A program made the position numbers and the translations under genes. From Carcharhinus longimanus (lineage: Eukaryota), in NCBI GenBank assembly GCA_030264375.1, contig JASCQW010000081.1:40326246-40390245 (forward strand): a stretch of DNA of 64,000 nucleotides, given 5' to 3'. Below the pieces are notes generated by a model. It was not told the DNA's origin. It did no database searches and saw nothing but the letters and a program-made list of their open reading frames with translations. This document shows, in pieces, positions 14,540-26,428 of the stretch (the stretch's first letter is position 1; each line of letters starts with the position of its first letter).

Positions 14540-14775
14540 CACCATTGGAGGTCCTGTCTTTCAAATGGAACAGTAAATTGAAGCTCAGACTGTCTGCTCG
14601 GGTGGGTATAAAAGCTCCTGTGGCATTAACAAACAAAAAAGAACAACATTTTCCTGGTATTGTGGTAAATTCTGTCCATCAATCAACAGCACGATAGACA
14701 ACTTAACTGATCATTATTCCCATTTACGGTTACGGGCCTAGCCCCATTGGCCCTGCTTGCCTACTTAACAATGAC
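14540..14775 (+). mobile_element. Ancient DeuSINE (SacSINE1/AmnSINE1-like) Deu-domain remnant
   Basis: ggaggtcctgtctttcaaatgg...gggtgggtataaaagctcctgtggca...tcaacagcac...gatcattat follows the recalled order of Deu-domain motifs. Confidence 0.65.
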
Positions 14776-14781
14776 AACAGT

Positions 14782-15625
14782 AGGCAGAATTTTTCCATCT
14801 GGGATTAAATCCTAAGGCAGGAACAGGGAGTTTCCATTGCATTTTCTCAATAAAAAGATGGCTTTAACAGTTTTGCCATAAATATATGGAATAGGAAAAG
14901 ACAATGCAGTTCCCTGAATCTAAGGTACTAGAATTTAAAAATGTTTCCGTAGCCCAACAGGAAACTATGCCATATCTCATTAAATGTGCATCTGCGGGGG
15001 GGGTTTGCACCATATTCCATAGTTTGGCGGGATTGATTACATATATCTCACTATCATACTTGCGTGCCATATTTAAAAGTCACTCAACATCACTGACCCG
15101 CTGTTGAAGAAAGAAGATGGACCTCAGAAAGATATAGATATTGAGACTGAATGGAATCTTCCAACCAGCCTCCAGTTTTCCGACATGACGGAGAACCCAT
15201 CCACAGGCCAGCACCAGTGCTCCAGGCAAGGCTATCGCTGCCTGATTGGTGAGGGTGCAACAAAGGCTGTGCTGTAGACTGGCCATTTCTTTCCCCACAG
15301 TGGTAGGCTGGCTGCTTTTTTTAAATTTTTATTTCAATCTTTGAAAAAATTACTGGGAAGATACCATCACGTTGAAGAACCCACTCAGTTACTTATCATT
15401 CACTGTAGTCGAGTTCTCCTATGAAGCTGGATGGCCTCCAACTGTCCTTCAGTTTCCAGAGCCTGTCCATCACCCTTAATTGAACAGGGAAATCTTTTCC
15501 ATTCCAATGAAGAGGGCACCAGGTCCACGTTTGAGCAAGTGACTCTTTCCTGACCAAGGGACAGGTTTGGGACCTTGAAACAGTGTTAACTCTTGCGTAC
15601 CACACCCAAAATGGAAAATCAGCCC
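14782..15625. mobile_element. About 840-bp non-autonomous element with imperfect terminal inverted repeats (family B)
   Basis: The left end aggcagaatttttccatctggg and the right end cccaaaatggaaaatcagccc are inverted. Its right half resembles 39460-39889. Confidence 0.6.
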
Positions 15626-16823
15626 TTCCTATTAGCACATCAAAAAGGGTCATCTTATCTGACCATTGCTCTTCTTACCCCAAATTAGAGACTGAAATAT
15701 TGTTTGCGCCTCACTCACTCTGAAACCACTTCACAAATTTCCACACATGACAATGGCCTTCTCGTGGCACATACCAATACCAACTAAGAATTTCTTGATA
15801 AGAGATTTGCTAATTTTGCAGCACTTAAGGCTGGTCAGTCTCTCTGTTACCCAAGGGAATTTTAGACCTTACCATCTGGAACACTTACCTATTAACATCC
15901 TGCTCTGATCTCGTTGTCTTTTATATAAACCTGACCTCTAAGCAGGCCATAAAGACAGTGCCTGAAGCCAGAGGGTTCNNNNNNNNNNNNNNNNNNNNNN
16001 NNNNNNNNNNNNNNNNNNNNNNNNNNNNNNNNNNNNNNNNNNNNNNNNNNNNNNNNNNNNNNNNNNNNNNNNNNNNNNCTGAAGCCAGAGGGTTCCTTTA
16101 TCATTAGGATGTGATGGGTTATTTTAACCAGTGGCCTGAGGGAAGAAACCATGGTGATCTTCTTGCCAAGCGAAGATAGTGGGAAAAGGGATTTGGAGCT
16201 GGATTTAAAAAGTTATGTTTTCAAAAACTGCTTTGAAAAAATTTAAACCCGATTTTTATGGTCAGAGGTGCAGGAGTGCAGCTCTGGAGCCCCACGAACA
16301 AAGGTTAGGTCTCATTTGCCTAGGACATTTCCCCTTCCTGGTGATATATTTGACTGCCACTGCCTGTTCCTTTAGGCCCAGCCAAAATTACAGCCCAACG
16401 CTGATTAGCTGCCACCTTGTATCCATTCTAGGTGGGCAACTGACAAGACAAATGAGATGCGCAAGTTAGAATTACCTAAGCTTAATGTTGCCAAGGGCAG
16501 GTAGGTTTGGCACTTGGCTCCCACCCACCTGATTTCTGATCCATGTTAAGTTAGTGCCTTTGAAGTTCTAATCAAACCCCAGCTGAAACTAAATAAAATT
16601 CACCTGGGCACCCAGTACAACAGTCAGCCACTAAAACTCTGATCCATCATCAACCAGAAAGTTGATAATCTTCCCAACCATTTGAAGCATCCAAGTTTTG
16701 GGGATTCTCATCAATGATCTTGAGTCAATGGTCCGAGTTAAAAATCTATACAATTCCACACTGACTTTTAAAGGCTCTGATGGATATTTGTGTTTCGTTC
16801 TCAAGTGGGATTTTATAAAATAT

Positions 16824-16948
16824 GAAAGCAAATTACTGTGAATGCTGGAATCTGAAACAAAAACAGAAAATGCTGCAAAATCTCAGCAGATCTGACAGCA
16901 TCTGTGCAGAGAGATGCCAACATTTTGAGTCTGGACAACCCCTTTTTT
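16824..16948. mobile_element. Short Penelope-terminus-like repeat fragment
   Basis: aaagcaaattactgtgaatgctggaatctgaaacaaaaacagaaaatgctg...ctgacagcatctgtg is shared with the 20624, 41067 and 47601 copies. Confidence 0.7.
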
Positions 16949-19074
16949 TAAACCAACTCTTTTTAAGCCAACGTGAAAGATTTTTTCTTCAATCTCTATG
17001 TTATACTGTGCCACTTTACACATTGTGACTAACAGCAAGTGGCTGCGTCCTGGTGTTGCTTTCTGTCCATGTGAAGAACAACAGGACATGACGACTTACC
17101 TGCCAATCCTCCCTCTTTGTGAAGAAGCGCTTCCATAACATTGGCGAAGGTGACAAGAGGAATTAGAATTGTTCAGGGAAGGGGGTGGGGAGGAGGAGAA
17201 GTGTTGTTTCCTTTCTCAATGTGCTTCACGTTAATAAACCAAATCCAGTGCACCATACTCAGTACTTTCCAGGTCTAAAGAGCTATTCCAAGCAGCTGTA
17301 ACAAAATTGCTACAATGTTTGACCTGTGACCCAGATTCCATTGATATCTGCTGCCTAACACTACACAAAACACACCATTTATATTTTTCAGCATATGTAC
17401 CTATGATGAATCAAGCTCGTGGCAACTACTATTTGACTTCTGCGAACGACAGTTAAAGTCTTAATAACAAATTTTTATTCATTAGGTGAATATATGTTAA
17501 CTGCAGCTTAAGTTTATTTCGCAATGCAAAAAGAAACCAGTTTGAAGTTAATTACTGAAGTTTCAGGGCATGTTGCACAGGATTTCAATTCCTGGGCAAG
17601 TCTATATTGTATAGAGTGTCACATATTATGCAAATTAAATGTTAATTTGGGGAACTCTGAATTAAATATGCTTGTGTAAACTGGTCTATTAGTAGTGAGC
17701 TGTGGGAATCTGGACAACTGTGTTTTTAAAAAAAGGCAGCTGTACTAACTCCCACTGAAAGCATGGCAGAGATCGCTTTCATGTCTTTACAATTTGTGTT
17801 TATGAGGTGATAACATTTTTACAAATGCCATCATTTTTGCTTTTTTATATTGCAAGTGACAGACTGACATTTTACAACAGGCTTACAGAAAACAAGAACT
17901 GAGCGCTCTGTCTGCAATGGACATTAACTGTTGAATAGAGATTCATATGCAAATGAGGCAAGGGGCTGAAGAAACTTTCACTCAAAAGCTGCGTACCGGG
18001 TCTGAGCAACAATGTCTGCAAAACGAAAAGGACGACGAGGTTTTTTTTTAAAAAGTGATATTGGGCATAAGCCAGATTTAAGTAACTCGAAGCTTGCCGG
18101 ATTCTCAATTAACACGTTCTTTCCAGCAAGGTTTTCCTCAAAAAACGCTGTTATTTTCCACCAGTCTGCAGCAGCCATGGAGCCAAATGTTAGAAATCTG
18201 TCAATTTGTAATGTCATTTCTTACCAAGATTAGAAATGAGCTATTTTCAGTATTTGGCATCTCAAGCATGGCAATTACTTTATCAAACTGTGGTCTTTTC
18301 TGGAACTAACAAGGGACTCTGTCTGTGCGTAACAGTACATCTCTGCCTCTTCACAACAGAATTGTTATCAGCCAGTCTAAATTCAGTCACAAAATAAACC
18401 AAACTGCCTCAGAACATCATGGTACGCCGGGGAGAAGGAATACCTATGTGTGAAAACACAAACAACATGATTTTTACCCATGCAGTTTTGCATCGAAAAT
18501 TCCGTGTATTATCCGTAAGTTTCTGAAATAGAAAGTGGACATCAAATCCAAGAAATCACGCCCTCTCGTGTCAGAGTGTGACATTCTGATAGGAGTCTGA
18601 CAGGGAAAAGGGCTGGAATTTGGGGTGCAACCCAACTATGCCTCACTTCTAACCTATTTACACAGCACAAGAAATTTCAGTTCAGAAAAGTAGAGGTGGG
18701 CATATACCCATCACCCCTACATTCCAACAACAATCTGAGGGTGCATTCTTCCAAGCCACCCTAGGAATCCTGTTATCAACACCCAAGAGACAGAATGGAA
18801 CTTGCCTCAGCACGTATAGGTTCTATTTTGGGCCTACTGAAGGTCACCAAGCTTGTAAATCCAAACAAAACTGAGTATCAATGTTAAATAAATTTAAATG
18901 TTGTCCCACCTCATCCTCAGACCCATTCGACCTCTGGCTCCTCCCCCCCATCCCCCCAAAACCCCTCACAGCAGTGGGTTGTCACTGTTAACATCACACT
19001 GCTTCCATCAGGCATCCTTGTTGAGTAATTCAATCATGGGCACCTTTCCCTATTATTTAAATTATAATGAATTA

Positions 19075-19450
19075 TTTTGAAATGTAGTCACTGTTGTTAC
19101 GTTGACAAAAGTGATCATTAATTTGTACACAGCTTAGATCGCATAAATGGCAAGTCAAACGAATAGCCAATTATGCTGTTTTTGGTGGCGTTGGTTAATG
19201 GATGAATGTTGGCCAGACATGGGGAGAACTGTCCTTCTCTTCCTCAAGCTGCAACATGGATCTTTTGTGCTCATCTGAATAGACATGTTTTAAAATCTCA
19301 TCCAAGGAGCAGTATTTCTCCCAATGCATTATTTCTCCTGTACTAAGCAGAAGTGTAGGCCTAGAATTGTGTGCGCAGATCCTAAGATGCTGCTTGAACC
19401 ATGTCCTTGTAACTTGAGCAAAAAAAGTACTGCCAGAGAGCCAAGCTGGC
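19075..19450 (-). mobile_element. Ancient DeuSINE remnant
   Basis: tttgaaatgtagtcactgttg...aatttgtacacagc...gttggccagac...ggagaact...atggatctttt...tctcatcc is the reverse complement of the Deu domain and tail. Confidence 0.7.
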
Positions 19451-20623
19451 ACTAATAATCAAAAGTACATTTTCCCTGCTCATTTATTTATATCTCAAGT
19501 GGAGGTATTAGTTATTAAAGTTTAAAATGTTATCAATTATTTTTTATCAACAGAAAACCAAGCCTCAGAATGCAAACCATAATCCTATTTCCTACACAAT
19601 CTTAACCTGCCCTTATCTATTTTTCAAGCTTAGCAAATTATCATAAATGGTATACATAACATAAGCCAGGGAGTTTTAACCTAGGTTTCTATTTGATGTA
19701 ACCCAGGGCAGCCTCAATTAAATTCCTAATAGATTTGAGCCTACTGCACAAAATTGACCATAATTTGCACAGACCATCACTCAATTAATAATCAGTCACA
19801 AATTCCGAAACAATAATGGAAAAATTTAAATTGGCACAATGGAGGGATGCTTTTTAGAAACTAAGGTTAAAGCAAATCATCAGGGTAGAGGGTGCTTTAT
19901 CTGACAGATTACACTCACCCGACGGATGTTACAAATGGAAATTCCATTCCCTAGCACTAGCATTCCTCATTTCTATAATGAGCACAAATCAAATAATTGA
20001 GAAGCCTATAAAACTGAACCTTGTATTCAATGCTGCAAGGATGAAAGTATCCATAAGATCATTATCCTCGTGCCCTCTTTGCTCTAGTGCAGCACTTGTT
20101 AATTTTAACACACAGCTGCTCCAGAAGATCAGAACAAAATAAGTTATACTACACAGAGAGAAGGAAAATAAAAACATCAATAGTCAAAAAAAGTTCCACT
20201 GAAATGATTTCTTAAAAATGTTATCGGTCGTCATTCATGGACAATGGTATCAACAGGGCATTGTTAGGTATCTATACGGCCTAAGCAACAGCGATACTTT
20301 GAGCTGTCATCAATCAGTATCACCCATTTTTGGGAGCAATATTGTTTTTCGTAGTAACAACATATTTATTATTCCTGTCCCATCCTTACAATGTGGTGTA
20401 TTTTTCATGGGGCCATCTTACATCCTTAATCTAGTACCCAATGTACCAGTGAATCTCCTTGCACTGTAACGTAGTATATAATTGAACAAGTTAATCGAGC
20501 CATAGAAGTGATTGAAGTAACCACGTGCCCCCCAAAATAAAAGAGTTTTAAAGTCATTTCCTGTGAAAGGCCAAAATCGGTTAAGAATAACAATAATTCC
20601 TCCTAATTATGGAGGTTAGAGTT

Positions 20624-20772
20624 CAGAACAAAAACAGAAAATGGTGCAAATATTCAGCAGGTCAGGCAGCACCTGTGGAGAAAGAAAGGTAGGATTAACA
20701 TTTCAGGTGTATGGCCCTTTGTCTGAAAGGCCAGGTGCTTCAGGTTTCTAACATCTGCATTATGTTCCTTTT
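20624..20772. mobile_element. Short Penelope-terminus-like repeat fragment
   Basis: aacaaaaacagaaaatggtgcaaatattcagcaggtcaggcagcacctgtggagaaagaaa...ttaacatttcaggt. Confidence 0.65.
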
Positions 20773-21474
20773 AGGTTACGGATAGATCACAGTATTGGAA
20801 TGAATCACAGCAAAATTTAAAAATCACTGATGACACCAAGGTTATTACAAAATTGGAAGAGTTGCATTTTTTGAACGAACAGCTTAAATTTCCACTTTTG
20901 CAGAACAGTTTCACAGTAAAACGGTTACAAAGCACAAGGACAGGGCTTATTCACTCTTTGACTGTAAAGTTGCAAGAATGCTTGAAAATGCACAACTAAG
21001 ATGAGTTGATTCAATCTAACTAACAAACAAGCTACTTGTTTTTTTAATAGAACATTGACAAATTGAGGAAACTGGCTGGTAATCTAAGTTAACACATTTT
21101 GGCCTGTGTACAATTTAATTGGTAAACTTTTACAGCTTCAGAAAAGCAACAGGTGTCAGGATGCTTCAGGACAAGTCAAGCTTTCAAAGATTTGCCATCT
21201 AAATATTACCTGATATAACATATGAGTATGTGAAATGAGCTTTGGGATTTCTCTGCTGCTTAATGACTACTTAAGTCTTCTTGACAAGGAATTGTAAATT
21301 GAGACAAAGGGAAAAGACATTCTAAACTCTAGGATTTAAGAAGAGATTTTTAATTTGGTTTTTATAGCCGGACAGTTTTAGACTCTATTCTTTCCAGTGA
21401 ATTATGCTTAAATATTGTTGTTTATTAGTGTTTCTCAGTTACTTTCTAAGGCAATTGCTTCAATCAAACCAACT

Positions 21475-21589
21475 GGCTGGTATTTTACCACTTCGCTCGG
21501 ATGAGGCTCGTAAAATCCCACCCGAGGCTAACGGAGAATTCCGTTCTGTGAGCCGTGTGCAGGGCGGGCATGGCGGTAAAATTCCAGCC
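21475..21589 (+). mobile_element. 115-bp MITE-like element (family A)
   Basis: TIRs ggctggtattttacca and cggtaaaattccagcc (14/16 inverted match). CpG-rich interior. Confidence 0.75.
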
Positions 21590-22978
21590 ATTATTTCAAA
21601 AGGTCAATAAAGTAAAACTCCAGACATCACTGCCATTATCCTATCTCTATACCTTTGAGCAAGGATTGTATCTTAAACCTCAGATGTTCCTTTTTATCCT
21701 TTGGACGAGATTCAACTTTTAAACTATCTTGCATTTCTACAGCCTATCACTAAATAGTGATGGAAACCTAAAAATTATAATATTTAAATGTTATCATTCA
21801 AATGCTTAACATACCTGCATCAAATCTTTCCTTTGCTGTTTTAATGGAGGTGTTTACCAATTTGCTTTGGATGAGTTAAGGCCTATTAAAATAGAATAGG
21901 AAAAATGGATACCACCGCATTAAGCATTTATACAATAATGCCATTCAGTAATTTCCAGACTAATAACATAACGCTTTATTTAATGCTGTTTTTAAACTGT
22001 GACTACTCTAGTTTGACTCTGCTATAATTTTACTAGCAATATGAGTTGGCAACAATGAGTAATACTGGCAGTTCTGCACTTTTCTGTACTCAAGACTGCT
22101 TCCCTGCCATTCTGGACTGGAATAGCACAAGGAACTTTTACACCGTGGTCCTACAAGCATTTAACTAGCATTTTTGTATTGGTGATTATGAAATTCCAGG
22201 ACTCCTATTTTCATTTTGGTAACGCATTTTAATTGCATAGCTCTGCTTGATGGCGCTAGCAAGGGAGAGAGTCAAACCATTTTCATGGTAAGGCCTCAAT
22301 CGAACCTTAAAGCAAGCTGCCAGCGCTAAACGAGCTCCATCAACTTGTTGATTGGGATGAAGGAAATGGGTAACTCATGAACAGTAACAAGCAGGAAGTA
22401 GGCCCTCATTCAGGCACTGGGGAGGGTGCTAGGGCAACAGAGCTATTAATTCCTGCAGGACACAGAGGAATCAATAGGAAAATTCCATGCAGCTCTTGTC
22501 CCCTAAAAAAATGAATGACACAGCTTTTTGGGAAGCTTTCCTAAGCATCCCGCTATGATCTCTTCATGACTGCTGAGTCAGCTTAAACAGTCAGTTCTAC
22601 TGGAACATTCAAACTGCACCGTGATCCCACAGATGATGTAGAAATTGATTTGAATATGTAAGTAGGTTCCTGCCTGTTTTGGGCAGAAGCTTTGCTCATC
22701 TGTTTCCTGACTCAGTCAAAAAAAAATCACAACAAGCCACATGTCAGTGAGAATGGAGTGGTCAGTGTAAGTAAAATTTAGCTTGCAGAAATCACCAAGC
22801 AGCCTTCTCACATGGTAGTGAAGCAGAAGCTATCTGTTGGAGAGCCAACTGACCTAGAGATGGTTTTTTTTACAGAAAAAAATCTTTGTTAAGGACATCT
22901 CCGATTTAGTATGTTTATACTGGACGATCCTTACAATTAAAAATATTTCTACATCTTGGCTCAAAAGGAAGTTCTCAG

Positions 22979-23172
22979 GGATTGGTTAGCTCAGTTCGCT
23001 GATTCATGATTCAGAGTGACGCCAAAAACTACCAGTTGAGGTTATACATGGAGCCCCCACCTTCTCAACTTTGCCCCTTACCTGAGGTGTGGTGACCTTC
23101 AGGTTAAATCACCACCAGTCAGCTCGCTCTCAAATAGAGGGACAGCAGCCTATGGAAATTTGGCGACTTTTG
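22979..23172 (+). mobile_element. tRNA-derived SINE remnant (non-HE1 family)
   Basis: A-box-like ttagctcagttcg head, then ccttctcaactttgcccct..cctgaggtgtggtgaccttcaggttaaatcaccaccagtcagct, which I recall as a common shark repeat. Confidence 0.55.
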
Positions 23173-23448
23173 GTAAGGTCTCAGAATAAAAATGTGAATA
23201 AGTTAGATACTTGGAGGTGCTCAAACATCATTCCAATGAGAAGCCTGAGGCCATCAAACTGTCCTAACAAGGCAAAAAAGTGAGCTTGAAGATCTTGAAA
23301 ATATTCTTCAGGTATTCACTAACTGTCATGCTTCCTAGTTTCAGGTATGTTTCCACACATCCCTGCTGAGGGGCATTTAATTATACAAGCCCTGCCTCAA
23401 ATGTCAGTAATGGGAGTGATTTATTTAACTGAATAACTTCTTTACTGC

Positions 23449-24181
23449 TGTAATGATGCCATGCTATATTTCATGTTTTTGTCGAATGTTTTAAGATTAT
23501 GTATTTTTTTATGAGCAGTCGGTATGTCTGGTAAACATGCAGCTCAGATACTGGATAACAGGATAGTTACCCATTTTAGCGTTTATTTAAGAGAATAGCC
23601 TGTTATAACAAATTGAGATTTCCCAGGTTTTTTTTATTTAAGGAATGCAAACTTTTGTTTTGGCATACAGGATCATGTGATTTGATTAATGGGAAGAGCT
23701 AGGTTTCTAGCAGAGAAACAGCTTGCTGCTTCAATTTAGAGTTCAGATGATGACTGGAGCTTTTTAAAAACAGAAGTCTGCTCTCTCTCTTTCTGTCAAG
23801 TCTCTCTGACAGAGTCAAGACTTTCTACCTTCATTTATAGCATGTATGACTCAGTTTACTAATTATATTCAAAGAGAGTTCTAAGTCAATGGGAAGACTG
23901 TTGCTTATTTGGAACTGAGATAGTGATAAGTTAGAAATTAAAGTTATTTCTTATTATGTTTCAAGACTGTTCAACTGTTCAAAGTTACTCTGCTTCATTG
24001 TTAATTATATTTAAACTGTACAATGAATAAAACTTGTTTTGATAAAAGATCTCAAATTTGTCAGTGGAATTACTCTGAAGACAAAGCATCATTCTTTCAA
24101 ATTTATGCCAAAATAGTAACGTTAGTGCAGTCTAGTCTAGCTTCATTATATACCTTGGGGTTCAGGTCTGGGATCCTAATA
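23449..24181 (+). mobile_element. Solo LTR (Gypsy-like), 733 bp
   Basis: Starts TGTAATGAT and ends ATCCTAATA (a decayed ...TAACA). Flanked by the 4-bp direct repeat CTGC (23445-23448 and 24182-24185). AATAAA at 24026-24031. Confidence 0.65.
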
Positions 24182-26428
24182 CTGCAAATGCTTGCTTACA
24201 AGTGATGGGTTCAAAGGAACATGCAAACATCAATACTTCTGTGATCGCCTATTAACTGCAATGGAAATCCGTTTCAGATTTTACAAACCACTTTACCCAT
24301 AATTTGAGATTACATGCTGAAGTAAGGAGCTATTTACCCAATCCATCATTTCAGGAGGCAATTATGCAGTTTGGACACTAAAAAATAGACAATCTGGGGA
24401 AACAAAAATTATGGAATGCAAGATTGGTTTAAAACTACTGAAAACAACGGGTGAAAAACATGACTCTGTAGTGTTCATTTTCTAGTCAAGTGCTTAGCTG
24501 TCCAAAAACATATCTACAGCATGCATATACTTTCAACTAAGAAAATAGGCAATTCACACCCAAACGTCTAGAATGCCACCTAATAACCAACAGAAGATAC
24601 AATGCGTTGTATCTGGACTTTGTGTGACTGTTTCAAATTTGTAACATCAAATTGGCATCTCTGTAGATCTTTATTTCCATTGACTTCAATGGGAATAAAA
24701 ATTTGAAAAGATGGCAAGCAGGTTGCTAACATCCTATCACCCATTTTCTGCTATCACAGCAGAATCAAGATCTCCCTGTATGTGCATGAGCCACACTGTT
24801 TTTTGCCCTCTCCTTTCCGTATCCTGAGAACTCTAGCTGAGATCAAGAGCTCACAGCTTGAGGAGGTCACCAGCATTAATCAGCATATCAACACTGTGGT
24901 ACAGCAAGTTATCACCTGAGCCACTGAGCAGTCAAAATGTCTATATAATTCTAATACTAACACCCACATTGCACTAATTGAGCCAGATTCAACAGATTCG
25001 TTGTTTGGAAAATTAAAGGAAAATCATTATTTTTTTGGGGAATGTTCTATCGACCCCGTGGCAATTTGTGCATTTCATATCAACATGCCCTAGAATTGAC
25101 AAGGATGCATTACATTGACTGGTAAAAGGAAGTCTGTTCACCCACAGCAACATTAAAAGTAATTCTTTCTGTGTTCTTTTCTCCAAAATTTATTATAATG
25201 AAGATATTTTGTGAGAGTCCATGCAGCATTAAAAAGTCATCTTTTTTGTTCTAAGTCGTCCCACTGAGACTCTGTTGCAGCACACAAAGGAATAGGATAC
25301 ATAATCATTTCCAATGTCATGTGTAAGGGAGCTCTAAAGACAAATCAATGGCACAGCGGAGCTTAATTTGTGGAATGTGCAGTTCATGGATTTGTGCTGG
25401 TGACTACCTGAATTTATCAAATATAATTAACAGTGTTAATGACATAGGCAATGTGATTTTAAGCGGGGATGATATTGTTTCAAAATTCTGTAATGACAAT
25501 ACAAGGCACAAATAACTTCAAACACATTCTCATCTTAGTCACTGCTCTGGAGAGATGTTGAGCAGAGATAATATACTCTCCTAAGGACATTATACCTGCA
25601 TTTAGTACATATTTTCCAGGTTACATTCATGGTAAAATCATCCCAGGTTTTCTCACAAAGTTAGATTATTTCATACATTGACTTACCTCAGAAATGTTTG
25701 CTTCTGGATGTTTGTGTTGCAATTTGCAGAAAATCAGGGTATCCAGTAAAGGTAACCAGCTTGAATGCGTAAGTTCTGTGTTTCTCAAACCAGACTCCAC
25801 ACTGCAGATTTAAACCTCCTCAAAATGTCTGACGCAAAAACAGCAATTAAACACAGGCCTGCTTTTTCATTTCTCATTTGTGTATTGGAAACATTTATGA
25901 TCTGGTAGTATAGTAACGCTGAGCCTTGAAAATAATATATGATCAATCCAATGAAAAATTTTCCCACAGAATACACCATGAAACCAGGCAGCTAATCCAA
26001 CTCATTCTTTTGAAAGATCATGGTCTGGAAATTTGTTTGAGTGCCTAAATATCCAATATAGTCGGTAATGAGTGATTACTCATTCCACCCTGAAGTTGCC
26101 TTAACCACTGTAATGGACTGGGCCCTTCTGTGAGTATTCAGGATAGTTCGTGAGATTTTGCAAGCCCATGCAAGTCGTAGGGGTTACAGATAGTGTGACA
26201 TGAATCCAAGATCCCAGGTTCTCACTAACATTGGACATAGTGAAATGTTCTTATAAGGTTCACAGAAGAGTCCTAAGAATATTAGATTTTGGCATGAAGG
26301 AAGAGCAGAGATGAGTGGCTGATGAAATCAGCCTCAGTTTGATGTGCAAAGTGTAATGCGAGAAAGTAATAAGAAGACAAGGAGCAAAATAAGGTGTGAA
26401 GAAACCTTGTATGACATCTTCTGCTTTG

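Noticed and set aside
15883-15892. Other strong minus-strand donors (about 15889, 40345, 55757)
   Set aside because: I found no matching acceptor or start context. They illustrate the chance background for GTAAG motifs.
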